A stretch of DNA of 63,434 nt, counting the filler, from Octopus bimaculoides (lineage: Eukaryota), in assembly GCF_001194135.2 (NCBI RefSeq). It is 6 parts of 4 records of this genome, joined end to end, with 100 filler letters (N's around TTAATTAATTAA, not from the genome) between each part and the next. Parts side by side here need not be neighbours in the genome. Positions count along the whole stretch, not along the records: positions 1 to 25,963 come from NC_068999.1; 5 more parts are not named here. One strand, 5' to 3'. The translations under genes and the position numbers were made by a program. The notes beneath the pieces are model-generated. The model was not told the DNA's origin and did not search any database. It worked only from the letters and a program-made list of their open reading frames with translations. Positions 11,771-26,019 of this stretch are shown here, one piece after another (positions within the stretch are counted from its first letter, which is position 1; each line of letters opens with the position of its first letter).

Positions 11771-14138
11771 ATCTTCTAATTCTCATTTTCTGTCACAGAA
11801 ATCAAAGTATGATCACAATTCAGACATGCAAATTGAAGAGCCAAACTAGGACTTACCGATCTTCGAAAGGATATCTGATCCTTAATTTCTAGTTTAAGTA
11901 CATGACAAGCAATTTTAAGGAAATGGGTTCATTGATTAATCGATGACCGTATTTGATTGTTATAAACCATGAAGGGTGAAAAATGAAATTTGATCTTGAC
12001 AGGATTTGAAACCTGTATGCATAAAACGTAAGCCAAATTTTCATCCGCTCCACCTATTTCGCAAATCCAATTATTTCCTTTCGCAAGCAGAAGTCAATTC
12101 AATTTAATATGGACTTCAGTCGATTACAGTGATCTAGTTCAAAACTTTTATTTACTTTATAGGTCACAGAATGAATATCGACTTAGTATAACGAAATCTC
12201 GCAGAACCAACATTATCAATGGTTACTGCTTGTCCTCCTCATCTTCAGTAAAATTTGAACACAGAGTGTTAAGAAATGCAACTATACATCCAAAGAAGGC
12301 TTTCAATTTTATTTTCTTCTGCTATTTGACATAATGCCAACGCCCTAGTTAGGAGAATAATGAAATTATACAGAACCTTGTAAAGTGCATTTTCGCTCAT
12401 TTTATTTTGTTTTCTTTTCTCTTTATCATTCCCACTGTCGTGTTAAAACTTACTTTAAAATTGATGATGTACAAAAATGTCTCTTTGCGAACTCTAGCTT
12501 CAGGGCATTGTATATACTACAGGGGAGTGCGATAGCACGAATGGAAAGCTTTTGCAATAGAAGTTACTTTGAATAGCTTTCCTTATATTTACACTTCATG
12601 CAAAAGTGTTTGCGCGTGTATAAACTGCCGAAGGATAGTAGCGTAAATCTAAGTCGCATGTGCCAGTACAATGTTATTGACGTTACATTTCGGGAGAGAT
12701 GTAGCTAGTGCTGGAAGCGGTAGTTGTTATCGTGGTGAAGATGGTTTTTTTTATAACGATGGTAGTACTTATAATAGTGCGGTGATTTTGAGGAATCAGG
12801 TGATATTTGAGTAGTCGACAGCGTCTTTGTAGCATTACCAGTGAAAAGAATAAACTATCAGTGAAATCTAAAGGTATTAGTTGAATAAAAACGAAGTAAA
12901 CAGACGGAATGGCTTCCAATCAAGAAATGCGTTCATTCAACGAAATAAAAAGCTAACAAACACAAAAGATCAATCTACATCTCAATAGACATCACCAAAT
13001 GGATATCGATAATGTGTGTCCAGTTATTCATTCTCACAAAGTTCGTCCAACTGTGCATTAGATATAACACAGAATTGCAGATCAACGATACAGTTATATG
13101 AATTAACAAATTGTGTTTATTTCTTTTTTTTTTCACTTTGAGGTTTTCAAACTATTTCTCGTTGGTGACACACTTTTTAAAATGGACGTTTACGTGACAC
13201 ATTAATTAAGATTTGTTAGCAATTACATTTCTCATCACGTGTTACCAATCATGCGTTTCACAGTACGCAAAAATTATCAATTCTGAAACCTGCTTCACAG
13301 CCAATATTCCTAAAAAATTATCAATCTTTACACTTAATTTTGTAAAATATCTAGAGATAATCGGGGACAAAATAGAATTTTGCGATTCGTAGTTTGGAAA
13401 CCTTTGATATTTAATCATAGCATGCATGTTATTAAGAATAACTACTCAATAACACATATGACTGATTTGTAAGCTTCAAATAACTACCTCTGTTTCGTAC
13501 CTGAACGCTTACAGAAAAATACAACAACTCAAAACAAACATTAATGTTAGATTAACTGTGCACAAAATATCTGCAACTTATAAAGAGCGTGGGTGTATTA
13601 ACATCCATTTGTTTTCACTAAAATAAGTGGGGAATAAATTAAATCTGCATATTTTGAATTGTTAGTGAGAAACATTTATAAGAATTACATTATGAGGAGA
13701 TCTAAACACACAATAAGTACAAAAAATGGAGTGAAACGAAGCATGACAAGGCGTATACCTCTAGCACATAATACGGCACACTTTATTATTTCTCTGGCAC
13801 TACTCATAGAATAATATGGAATAATAAAATAGACTTTGGGCTCCGAATTTTCACGTGTATTCTGTTCTGTTTCATTTTTGAAATAATATAAATATGAAAA
13901 TGCTGAGGAAAATATTAGTGCACTTTATATGTACGCAAACATTTCGCTGAAACTTGATATGAGTAACACAAGAGGATAGCGGGATATTCATGCTTTTATA
14001 AAAGCATAAACGTAATATGGGAGAACGAAATTGCTCTATATGTGAAGCGAGACCAATCACAGATTTTCTAGGTTGTCCTACAACAGCATCACAACGTTTA
14101 TAAATAAATTACGACACATAAATGAGCTGGCAGTATTG

Positions 14139-14340
14139 TTACAGTACCGGACAAATGCATAGCAGTATTTCACCCGACATAACGTTCTGATATCCAAAGC
14201 CGCCAGGTTCGACTTTACCTTTCATTTTTTCGGGATCGATAAAATAAATACCATTTGAAGCTTGGGGGTCGGTGCAATCGACATAATCACTCCCACGCCC
14301 TGAAATCGGTGGCCTTGTGCCAAACTTTGATACCAATAAA
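14139..14340 (-). mobile_element. SINE family B
   Basis: Reverse complement of the GGCCTTGTGCC / GTCGAT / TTTATCGATCCCGAAAA / GTTCAGAACGT motifs. Confidence 0.75.
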
Positions 14341-14344
14341 TTCG

Positions 14345-14725
14345 TGGCACTCCGTCGGTTACGACAACGAGGGTTCTAGTTGATCCGATCAATGGAAGAG
14401 CCTGCTCGTGAAATTAACATGCAAGTGGCTGAGCACTCCACAGACACGTGTACCATTAACGTAATTCTAGGGCAGATTCAGCGTGACACAGAGTGTGACA
14501 AGGTTGGTCTTTTGAAATGCAGGTACAGCAGAAACTGGAAGAAAGTATGAAGGAAAGTTGTGATGAAAGAATACAGCATGGATCACCACCACTCTCTGCC
14601 GGAGCCGTGTGGAGATTTACGTGTTTTCGCTCAGTAGACACTCACAACGCCTGGTCGAGGAATCGGAACCGCGACCCTACAACTGCGAGTCCGCTGTCAT
14701 AACCTCTGTACCATTGCACCTCCAC
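14345..14725 (-). mobile_element. Full-length tRNA-headed SINE with RTE-like tail, family A
   Basis: Reverse complement of the copy at 23937-24323 along its full length. Confidence 0.9.
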
Positions 14726-14849
14726 ACCAATAAATTATAACATAAAAAAATATTTCTATCTCATAAACGCCAAACATTTTTTTAAAATTATTTGTTTTTG
14801 AAGAGAAGATCTGTAATGAACTAAGGAACAGTAACTCAACTACAGACGG

Positions 14850-14990
14850 CGAAATGGCAGAAGAGTTAGGAAGTCAGCGAAAATCCTTAGCAGCCTTCCC
14901 CCACCGCCATGTATTTACGATTTTAGTTCAAATCCAACCGACAAATTTGCCTTTCATCATTTCGAGTTCGATAAAATAGAATACCGCTCA
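14850..14990 (+). mobile_element. SINE family B, degraded
   Basis: GGCGAAATGGCAGAA...GTTCAAATCC...TTTGCCTTTCATC...GATAAAATA. Confidence 0.65.
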
Positions 14991-15605
14991 AATACTGAGG
15001 CGTTTGTAAACAATTTGTCTCCTCTCGGAAATTGCTTCATTTGTTCTCTGCAATGGACTGGCGTCCGTTCACCGGTGACCTTATGAGCCCCAGGGCTCAA
15101 GGCATAAAAATAAAACTGCTGTGAAATATCTGACACTATGAGTCGAAATCATATTGCCAATTATATTCAGATCAACTAGAGTATTTGGATGCAGATCGAT
15201 AAAAAAAAAAAACAAATAAATAAAATAAATGAAACAACAATAGGAATTACAAAAAAAAAAAAAAAAAAAANNNNNNNNNNNNNNNNNNNNNNNNNNNNNN
15301 NNNNNNNNNNNNNNNNNNNNNNNNNNNNNNNNNNNNNNNNNNNNNNNNNNNNNNNNNNNNNNNNNNNNNNNNNNNNNNNNNNNNNNNNNNNNNNNNNNNN
15401 NNNNNNNNNNNNNNNNNNNNNNNNNNNNNNNNNNNNNNNNNNNNNNNNNNNNNNNNNNNNNNNNNNNNNNNNNNNNNNNNNNNNNNNNNNNNNNNNNNNN
15501 NNNNNNNNNNNNNNNNNNNNNNNNNNNNNNNNNNNNNNNNNNNNNNNNNNNNNNNNNNNNNNNNNNNNNNNNNNNNNNNNNNNNNNNNNNNNNNNNNNNN
15601 NNNNN

Positions 15606-15669
<64 letters not shown>

Positions 15670-17327
15670 TGTGTGTGTGTGTGTGCTGTTTCAGCTAAAA
15701 CGTATTTGAAAGAGTACGAGTAGACTTATGAACTAAGCTGTTACTATTACGATGGTCTCCATCTCCACATATTTTTAAGCACTGCGCATTCACAGTCACT
15801 ATTTTCTAATGTATCAGACTCAATGTTTGTAGAGAAACTATATTATGATTACAAGGCCATTTAACTACTATTTCTTGCAGTTGTAAACATCTTGCAGAGA
15901 ATTCTTAGTTGGTGTCTTACATCAATGATTTAATCCATTGTAAGACGAGACGTGCAGTTGGAATATTAAATGAATATTGGTCTTGTTTATAAATATGTCT
16001 CTTAATTAACTATTAAGTTGATCAAGTTTAAACACTTGAGTAGACCGACACATATTCCATATTGGCTCCAGACAGGTGCAGCGAAAGCAAGGTAGATTCT
16101 AGCAATATATGAATACAGAAATTAACTTGTATTAATAACTATACCGTAACATAGACAAATACAACTGTGCTTAATAACACAGCTCATTAATTCTTGATTT
16201 ATTGATGTTATCTCTGACTTTAAAGGATTCGTCATAATTATCAAAGGACAGTTAAAACCAACTATTCTTGAGAAGGGGAAATAATCTTGAAAGCCAATGT
16301 TTTCGATAAATGACATGTCATTAAGGACAAAGCCAAAATGAGTGTCTGGTGATAAGAAGACAGTTGCGGAGTCGTGTTTCTGGCACAATAACCGTCATCA
16401 GAATGACAAATGCTCGGTATTAACTCCAGTGGCTGAAGGACTTAGAATTATATAATAAAAGTTGAAAAACAATTACGGTAATAAGCATACTTGAAACAAA
16501 AGTAAGCTAAGAGACAGTCTGCATATTTCAACGTAGAATATATCATTAAATGTATCGACACACATTTCTGACTGGTTAATATGTTATAGATATAGAAGGG
16601 AGGAGGGAACAATGATAGACGCTTATAACACTGAGTATTTGAGCTTAGAAATTTACGTAAGAAAACAGACTGGAACATTTCGCCAGGCGCTCTAACAAAT
16701 GCGCCATCATCCGTCGTTAAGTTTCATAATTCACTTCTTAAACAGGTCACAGAAGCCACGAATTTTGAGAAAACCGTTTAATCGATTAAGCTGACATCAG
16801 TAATTGAATAATAGTTATTCCAGCGAAGCCTGAAGAAAGAAAGTCAAAGGCAATCTCGGCGTTATTTAAACATATAACGTAAATTGATTTAACTAAATTC
16901 GACAATGCACTCTGCTACTCACCATTCTCAAAGTAAGTTTTATATTCATTAGGTTACCTCGTCCGCTAATCAAGGACCTTGTCTCAAGAGGTACATCCAT
17001 CTTAAGACAGTATTTCTTAATTTATATTGGCGGTTTAGAACAAACGGTTTTTCTTTCGATAGTATCAAACGTAAGTGAATTTTCGACGTTAAAAATAATT
17101 GACACACATCCCGCACCGATATTCATCCACAAACATTTCTATTTCCAAACCATAAACCGTTGTTGTATAAGAATGATGTATGTATATATGTATGTATATT
17201 TGTGTGTTTATGTGTGTCGGCACACACATACACACACACACACATACACACACATATATATATATATATATATACATATATTTTGTCATATAGATACATG
17301 GAAATTTATATATACATATGTGTAATC

Positions 17328-17734
17328 TTGTTGTTGTTGTTGTTGTTGTTGTTGTTGGCACTCCATCGCTTACGACGTCGAGGGTTCCAGTTGATCCGAT
17401 CAACGGAACAGCCTGGTCGTGAAATTAACGTGCAAGTGACTGAGCATTCCACAGACACGTGTACCCTTAGCGAAGTTCTCGTGGATATTCAGCGTGACAC
17501 AGTGTGACAAGGCTAACCCTTTGAATTACAGGCACAACAGAAAAAGGAAGTAAGAGTGAGACAAAGTTGTGGTGAAAGAGTACAGCAGGATTCGCCACCA
17601 TCCCCTGCCCGAGCCTCGTGGAGCTTTAGGTGTTTTCGCTCAATAAGCACTCACTAAGCCCAGTCTGGGAATCGAAACTACAATCCTATGACAACGAGTC
17701 CTCTGCCCTAACCACTGGACCATTGCGCCTCCAC
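17328..17734 (-). mobile_element. Full-length SINE family A with (CAA)n tail
   Basis: (TTG)n at 17328-17357 followed by the reverse complement of family A, ending CATTGCGCCTCCAC. Confidence 0.92.
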
Positions 17735-17949
17735 ATGCGTAAATTTATAGACATAAGTTTGTACAAACAAAAGGCATAAACTTTTGTCAATTGTAAATCT
17801 AAGTAAAGAAATGAATTTAATGGACGGAATTTGGCATAATTTATTACGAAACAGATATCGCTGTAAATAATTCAGTATTTTGTTCGTTAATGAAGCACAG
17901 ATTTCGGAAGTGAAATGGAGAAAACAAAGAGACAATCATACCAACATTA

Positions 17950-18084
17950 TCAACATCATCATCATCATCACCGTCGTATTTACTAATTATGATCATGACA
18001 AAATTAGTATCATGGTAATTTCTCTTTTTTTTTTTTCAAACATATAACAAATCATTATCATTAACATTATGGTCGTCGTCGCCG

Positions 18085-18135
<51 letters not shown>

Positions 18136-18399
18136 CCACCACCATCATCATCATCATCACCATCGTCATGGTTGTCGTCGTCATCTTCGTCATAACCGTC
18201 GTCATTATTATCGTCTTGGTTGTCATCGTATACATCATCAACATCGTCGTCACCATCATCACCATCATCGCCGTCTTCGTCGTCATCATCATCAGTATCA
18301 ACGGCCTCGAAATCATTATCATCTGCATCATTCATTATCGTCATCATCATCAACATCCTAATCATCGTCATATTATTATTATTATTATTATTATTATTA
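17950..18399. repeat. (CAT)n/(CGT)n/(ATT)n trinucleotide array
   Basis: Directly visible. Confidence 0.95.
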
Positions 18400-18888
18400 N
18401 NNNNNNNNNNNNNNNNNNNNNNNNNNNNNNNNNNNNNNNNNNNNNNNNNNNNNNNNNNNNNNNNNNNNNNNNNNNNNNNNNNNNNNNNNNNNNNNNNNNN
18501 NNNNNNNNNNNNNNNNNNNNNNNNNNNNNNNNNNNNNNNNNNNNNNNNNNNNNNNNNNNNNNNNNNNNNNNNNNNNNNNNNNNNNNNNNNNNNNNNNNNN
18601 NNNNNNNNNNNNNNNNNNNNNNNNNNNNNNNNNNNNNNNNNNNNNNNNNNNNNNNNNNNNNNNNNNNNNNNNNNNNNNNNNNNNNNNNNNNNNNNNNNNN
18701 NNNNNNNNNNNNNNNNNNNNNNNTTTTTTTTTTTTTTTTTTGCTTCTGTGAACCTACTGAAGGAGTTACCACAATCCTATAAGATATTACAAAAATGAAG
18801 TAGATTGACAAGTTTATTTTTTGAACCTCTGGAAGGTATGCTAGATGCCGAAATATCGTTCACTTGATAACTGGAGGAGTTCCCTCAA

Positions 18889-19055
18889 TCTTCTTCTTCT
18901 TCTTCTTCTTCTTCTTCTTCTTCTTCTTCTTCTTCTTCTTCTTCTTCTTCTTCTTCTTCTTCTTCTTCTTCTTCTTCTTCTTCTTCTTCTTCTTCTTCTT
19001 CTTCTTCTTCTTCTTCTTCTTCTTCTTCTTCTTCTTCTTCTTCTTCTTCTTCTTC

Positions 19056-19152
<97 letters not shown>
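18889..19152. repeat. (TTC)n array fused to an (ATT)n array
   Basis: TTC run 18889-19090, ATT run 19091-19152. Confidence 0.98.
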
Positions 19153-19780
19153 CAAGGTGCAATCAAACTCATCATCATAGGGGCCGTTATATAAACCATA
19201 AACAACCGCAATAACAACAACAACAACGACATCAACAAGAGGATCAGCCACGATAACAACGACTACAATATCAGTAACAACAAAGCTGAGATTAGCAGAC
19301 ACTAAAGAGAAGAAAATCTCTGATATTTCTTGAGTTTTAAGGAAAAGAAATATGAAATTATACAAAACACTTGCTACTAAATAAAATGAAAATACTTCAA
19401 AAGAAGACTCTTCCTCCTCCTACCTCTCCTCTCCCTCCCCTCCACTCCCTCTTCCTACTACTCCTGATCATGTTTCCCCTCTCTCCTACCTCTCCTCCCC
19501 TGCCTTCTCCTTACCCTCTCATTCTCATCATTGCTTTTTTCCTTCCTTCTCTTTTGTATTGGATTTCCATTACAATTGAAGTTTGCTGGAACATACACGA
19601 AATCTAACAATAGCTGAAAAGGTGAAAGCTGTTAGAACAGTAAAAAAACAAACAAACAAACATAAAGCCCAGAAAAAAAAAGAAATAAAGAAACAAACTG
19701 AAATAGCAACACCAAGTATAAAACTTTCTACTATAGCTACAACGTCCACGATATTCACTTGCTGCTTACTTAAGTGACCC

Positions 19781-20000
19781 CGAAATGATGAAAGCAGAGT
19801 CGAACAAGACCGAATGTAATATTTTCTACTCCTTGGCACAAGACCCGAAATTTTTGTGGAGATGACGAATCGATTAGATCGACTCCGGTACGTAGCAGAT
19901 ACTTAAATTTATCGAGCCCGAAAGGACGAAAAGGAAAGTCGACTTCGGCGGAATTTGAACACAGATGTAAAGACAGCCGAAATACCGCTTAGCATCGTCC
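19781..20000 (-). mobile_element. SINE family B
   Basis: Reverse-strand TTTATCGAGCCCGAAAGGACGAAAAGGAAAGTCGACTTCGGCGGAATTTGAAC...AAATACCGCTTAGCAT. Confidence 0.8.
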
Positions 20001-21229
20001 TTTCCCTCGACTAACCCTCTATAGAACTCAAAAGGTGATGATCGCATTGCCGTGGTCAGTCCCTCTTTCTCTCACATGCCCACTCTTTCCGTCTCAATTA
20101 TTATCACTCGCACTGTCATCATTAACACTACTACATTTAATATACAACCATTATCAACTCTCCCTAAATTTCTTTGTATCTGTTTCTCACCCTCTTTTTT
20201 CTTTCTCTCCCTCTTTTTTCTTTTTCTCTCTCTTTTTTCTTTCTTTCTCTCTCTCTATCTCTCTCTCTCGTTCTCACAGTCTCTATACCTACTCTTACTC
20301 TCACCCAAACATGAGCAATAGTAGGAGTGTCAATGGATAGTGAGAGAGGGGTCGAAGTGTAACACGCTGACATACAAAAATTACTTTTCGCATTTATTAC
20401 ATAATATATATATATATATATATATATTCATGTATATACATAAATTTTTGCACAAAATTTTATGTGAGACATAGAACACAAATGAAATTATATTTGTTCA
20501 TGATAAGACAACATGAACTTACTCTTGCGTGTGAAATGTCTGCGTTAAACGCGTTATTACGAGTTGGAGCTCTTTAAATTGTTTTGCCACTGACAAGAGT
20601 TTCTTCAATGTTTGATTTGGTACTTGAAAGGTATACAACAAATATCACTTCCAGCTCCAAGATAATCCCACTTCTTGAACGTGATTTGTATCAAGCATGA
20701 AAATCTACTTTAACTTACGCAAGTCGATGCAAACGGAAAAAAAAAATCTTAATGCATCCGCTGAGAGTGTGTAACTTAGAGTACATGTCCGTCCAAAATG
20801 ACTCCATTGTAGATGGATTTCAGAAGTATTGTGCTGTATTGTCATTTTTAATTTTCGTACATATTTTCTGTATTTTTTTTTTTTCTGAAACGCAATTCAT
20901 CCTTGAAGCAAAAAATTCTACTAGGTGGTTCTAATGTAATGGCCAACTTTGGAAAATGGATTGCGAATTCAATGTAGTAAATTATGTTTTCAAATGATAG
21001 ACAGTTTCAGTTTGAATAGATTTATTTCCCTTGACATTGCATCACGAAATACTAATTAGATCGATAGGTTGGAAAGTATATACTATCACACTTTTGGCAT
21101 GATCACTTTCAGGGTATTTCTTCATGACTTACGGTTAAACGAGCATTAATTTTATTTTCCAATGCTTTTTCCTTTCTTTACACATTACTTTACACCATAG
21201 TGGTTAAATTCCTATCGATTTTGTGGCTT

Positions 21230-22250
21230 GAAAATGTGTTTAGATTAGGACCATATCAGATACTGTGTACTTTCTGAATTCATAAGGAACTTTTGAGCAG
21301 CAAGTATTATTCGTTTGTCTGTAGAGATGAAACTTTAAGTGTGTGGTGATTCCAACGTTGGTGTAGACAGTCTTGCTCGGAAAATGTTTCTTTTACAGAC
21401 TCCTCTCCATCTGGGAAACAAAAATCTGTTAATATTGACTTTCTGAAAACTATAGTTACGGAATATCCAGTGTAAACTACACGAGAATTAGTAAAAGGGT
21501 TCAATTCACGTCGTACTCCGATAAAAAAAAAAAAAAAACGCACTGTGTAAAATTGTTCAGTGTAGTGTATTTCTCGTTATTTTCCTGCTTCTCAGCTTAA
21601 TCGAAGTGTTGTCCTCTGCTCGTCGTTGAAGAATAGTGTTGCTATTGAACAATTTCACAGTACAAGCATCACATGAAATATGGGTTAGCTATAATCATAT
21701 CCAATGAATGAGAATGGACGGCGCCCACTAAAATGAGGGAAAACTCTATCCCTAAAACAAGTCTATAGCCGATTAAAAAAAATGCTTATTCTCTCTGTTT
21801 GATGTAAAATGAAGGGTGTTGTCTATTGTGAAGTTTTAAACTAATGCAAAACACTTAATGGTGCGCAACGTTTCGTCGTTTGGAACTATTGAAGCAAAAT
21901 TTGAAGAAAAAAGAGGTCAATATTGGTTAATTGTAAGGAGAGTTGCTCATACACAATAATATATATATATCGTCCAATTCCCTTGGATAAAGATTATGGC
22001 ACTAAATATGGACATTTTGGCAGATCTTCTGTTTTTTCATGACCTAGTTCCATCTGACTGTCAACTTTTCAGATCTTTGCAGCATTATTTATTAAGGAAA
22101 GAATTGCATTAATTCATTGCTAAAAATGATATCGGGTGTTTCACCGTTCAAAATTTGCAGACTTTTACGTCCAAGAGACCAACAATTTACCAAATAGATG
22201 TGATTATAGTATCAATAATGAGAAGAAACAATATGTTGATTACGAATCAA
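21230..22250 (+). pseudogene. Decayed mariner (DD34D-type) transposase
   Basis: Interrupted frames give PSGKQKSVNIDFLKTIVTEYPV*TTRELVKGFN (HTH region, ~21405-21510), GVVYCEVL (~21815) and DLVPSDCQLFRSLQHY (~22040-22090), matching mariner RSGRP..TTRELA, GVVYYELL and SPDLAPSDYHLFRSLQ. Confidence 0.8.
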
Positions 22251-23099
22251 AAGCAAAGAATCACTTGTTTCTTCCCTATTTGGAATGGGTCAGGAGTTTC
22301 TTTCCAACCTAATATTCATCTCCAAATATTACATTCTGCAGTTTAACATTTTTAAGAGAAACTGCGGTCTAATAAGAGAATGAATTTTAACTATATCCTT
22401 GTAATTCAAGGTTTCAGCTTCTCTGAAACTACAGATGCTAACACTATTTAAGAAAGTTTTAAATTTAAATAATTTAGGATATTTCGGTATTCATATTTAG
22501 TGTTCCTTCAAATCGGAAACCATATTGATTGCTTTCTTACAACTAACGTTGAAGCAACAAAAGTCGTTGTCAAAGCAAATATCACATTTACAGATATTTA
22601 CTTTCATCTTTAATTCTAATAGATTTGGTAAAGGCATCACATTTTCCTGTGTGTAATATAGCCCCAGTTGAAATAATATCGATGTATCACGTCTTTGAAA
22701 CTTTCAGTCAGTGTAAAATTGTTAAGACAACAAAACAGTGAAGGTGGTTCAGTATTTTTGTCCGAAAATTTGTTGCTACGAGATCGAAGCCCATGGGAAT
22801 AATGTGACGTAATTCAGGTCATCTAAGTAAATACAATAAGTCCAGAAATTTAAAGATATTGTTTCTAACTGATTTTATTTTTTCCACCGTAATAAAACAA
22901 AGTTGCTAATTTTAGCCTTGAAGGATGTTCACATCATTATTTAGGTGGGTATAAGGGAAAATACATGGAACAAATAATAGTTGCGTTGAATAAACATCAT
23001 TTAAGCTGCTTCTTTTGGTATTTGACGTTCAAATACAACTTGCGTTTTCCATCTAGCGTCGTCTAACAATACTGGTTTCAAATTTTGGCACAGGTCTAG

Positions 23100-23345
23100 T
23101 GGTTTTTGAGGAGTGGGTGAAATAGTTACATTAACCATAGTACTTGAATTGTGGCTATTTCATCGACCTGAAAGTATAAACGGAATTTGAAATTTTGGCC
23201 CATGGCCAAGAATTTAAGGGGAGAAGTAAATCGATTACGTCGACCGCAGTGTTCAACTAGTACTCATTTTATCGACCCCGTAAGATTGGAAGGTAAAGTT
23301 GACACCAACTGTATTTGAGCGCAGAACATAAAGACGGCACGATTA
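23100..23345 (-). mobile_element. SINE family B (two overlapping fragments)
   Basis: GATTACGTCGACCGCAGTG...TTTTATCGACCCCG...TTTGAGCGCAGAAC. Confidence 0.7.
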
Positions 23346-23936
23346 ATATCAATATCCTATTAAAGTTGTTTCTTTCGACGAAGTGATCATTTATCCGTAA
23401 TCTAAAAAAACGAAAGGAAAAAAAAAAGAAATCTAAAATCTTCCCGAATTAATTTCCTAAATCTATTTCTACCTCACCGATGGTATTAATAATTACTGAA
23501 AAAGCAGGGAATGGATGCGGTCTCACTCCATAAATTTCAAATAAAATTATCGTGTATGGCATTTATGTAGCTCGAATTGCACATCCCTTGTGGAATTCGT
23601 CAGCAGATATCACACGGACCAGAAATCAGGCTGTAGGAAACTACATTTCACCACATGTGATTAGGAAAAACTAACACAAAAACATCTGTGGATAAAATAG
23701 TGGTCTCTCACACATGGTTACCATAACGAGGAGAAACTGAACCCGTCATGAATGACGTATACAGGCATAGGCACACTGGGAATATACCCAGGGGCCTCGC
23801 AGGTTAGGGGCTCGTTTGTAATCTATCCATGCTGTGGCTTGCTAGCAATAAATAAATACTATATGGTTCAGTGCACAGATATGCACGGTTCCTTAAATAA
23901 TTCTAAGATGGTTTTGCTTGTAATACGCTAGGTTCC

Positions 23937-24323
23937 GGTGGAGGCGCAATGGTCCAGTGGTTAGGCTAGCGGACTCGTGGTCATAGGATCGCGGTTTCGA
24001 TTCCCAAACCAGGCGTTGTGAGTGTTTATTGAGTGAAAACACCTAAAGCTACACGAAGCTCCGGCAGGGGATGGTGGCGAACCCTGCTGTACTCTTCCGC
24101 CACAACTTTCTCTCACTCTTTCTTCCTGTTTCTGTTGTGCCTGTAATTCAAAGGGTCAGCCTTGTCACACTGTGTCACGCTGAATATCCCCGAGAACTAC
24201 ATTAAGGGTACACGTGTCTGTGGAGTGCTCAGCCACTTGCACGTTAATTTCACGAGCAAGCTGTTCCGTTGATCGGATCAACTGGAACCCTCGACGTCGT
24301 AAGCGACGGAGTGCCAACAACAA
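23937..24323 (+). mobile_element. Full-length SINE family A (tRNA head, RTE-like 3' end)
   Basis: A-box-like TGGTCCAGTGG, B-box-like GGTTTCGATTCC, 3' end ...AAGCGACGGAGTGCCAACAACAA. Two further full copies and three fragments occur in the window. Confidence 0.92.
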
Positions 24324-26007
24324 TTAAATCACAGAGTAGATGATTCTTAACTTATTTATTATTAACTTATTCATTATATTTATTATGTTATTGATGTCAC
24401 TGACAACAGCCGGGGATTTTATGTGGAAATTCAACATATTCGATAATAACACACAAAAATATCTCCCAAATTTCACAGCACTGAAGAGTCTACAAGAAAA
24501 ATAAACTAAATAGGGTGGTGATCTTTAAAAGAAAGGGAAACCTTGAAAATCATGGTCACGAATGGAATGTATTTGATTATAGACCTGCACAAATGGGTTA
24601 TAATGGGACTGTACAACAAAACTAACAGTAAAAAGTATACAGTGATTTGTATGGTTGAATGGTGAATGAGATACAAATGGACTCAACACAACCATGATGA
24701 GAAGATGTAACGAATAGCAAACAGGTACATTTGTTTGATAAATTCTCTGATTGACTGACCAACAAATTCCCCAACGAAACAACCAACCAGACACTATTCC
24801 CAAAATATTCTGTAGCTAAACTAAAATATCATTCAACTGATGTGTTGCAATTTTACAAAAATAAATATTTTTACTTGAATATGAAAACACTCAGAATTTT
24901 ACATCTGATAGAAACTTGATGCCTCCAACTGGTTTCATTAGTAAGTTTCCTTAGAAAAATAAGATAAAATAAAATAAAATAAAATAAAATAGTATAAGAT
25001 AAAATAAAATAGATTACTGAAATACGGTGTGTTTATTTATGTTTACGAAATGTGAGTACTTAATACGAACGCTATAGTTTAAGGGCGATATCTACCTACC
25101 TGTTTATCTAGNNNNNNNNNNNNNNNNNNNNNNNNNNNNNNNNNNNNNNNNNNNNNNNNNNNNNNNNNNNNNNNNNNNNNNNNNNNNNNNNNNNNNNNNN
25201 NNNNNNNNNNNNNNNNNNNNNNNNNNNNNNNNNNNNNNNNNNNNNNNNNNNNNNNNNNNNNNNNNNNNNNNNNNNNNNNNNNNNNNNNNNNNNNNNNNNN
25301 NNNNNNNNNNNNNNNNNNNNNNNNNNNNNNNNNNNNNNNNNNNNNNNNNNNNNNNNNNNNNNNNNNNNNNNNNNNNNNNNNNNNNNNNNNNNNNNNNNNN
25401 NNNNNNNNNNNNNNNNNNNNNNNNNNNNNNNNNNNNNNNNNNNNNNNNNNNNNNNNNNNNNNNNNNNNNNNNNNNNNNNNNNNNNNNNNNNNNNNNNNNN
25501 NNNNNNNNATATATATATGTATATATATGTTTGCATTCCATATGTTAGTATTAAGCATTTCTCTATGTACACAGGGCATAATTTTATCTATTTATAAATG
25601 TCTATGTGTATGACGGTATGCATATATATGTATCTTTGCATATGTACATATAAGCACATATATGCGGTCATACGTTTATACGTACCTAAAATACACACAC
25701 ACACGCACACACACACGCACACACACACACACACACATATATATATAATGTAGACATTTTTGGTAATTATGTACTTGACAAAGTTAATCCAAGAATTAAG
25801 AAAAAAATATGAAAAAATATCTAAAAACGTATGCAGTAAAATAAGACATCATGTCTTTAAGCGAAAGAGGTGTATACGTATGCATCTATGTGTTTATGTA
25901 TGTGTTGTGAATATGTATATTTCTAAAAACTGCGTGTTCCTATGAGTATACTATGTATATATANNNNNNNNNNNNNNNNNNNNNNNNNNNNNNNNNNNNN
26001 NNNNNNN

Positions 26008-26019
26008 TTAATTAATTAA
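26008..26019. other. Assembly linker TTAATTAATTAA (six-frame stop) in a 44N+12+44N spacer; also at 45851-45862, 53617-53628, 57878-57889 and 61583-61594
   Basis: The same 12-mer sits centred in 100-bp N spacers five times, so it is an artificial scaffold join and gap sizes there are arbitrary. Confidence 0.95.

Noticed and set aside
16122-16388. 88-aa ORF, and the 92-aa ORF at 24525-24803
   Set aside because: No recognisable domain or splice context; length alone is not sufficient support.
20480-21150. Second mariner on the minus strand
   Set aside because: Only faint resemblance (LELEVIF, LKKLL); no diagnostic motif recovered.
23937-24015. tRNA genes (also 36590-36650, 41850-41925)
   Set aside because: A/B boxes are SINE heads continuing into SINE bodies; no complete cloverleaf.
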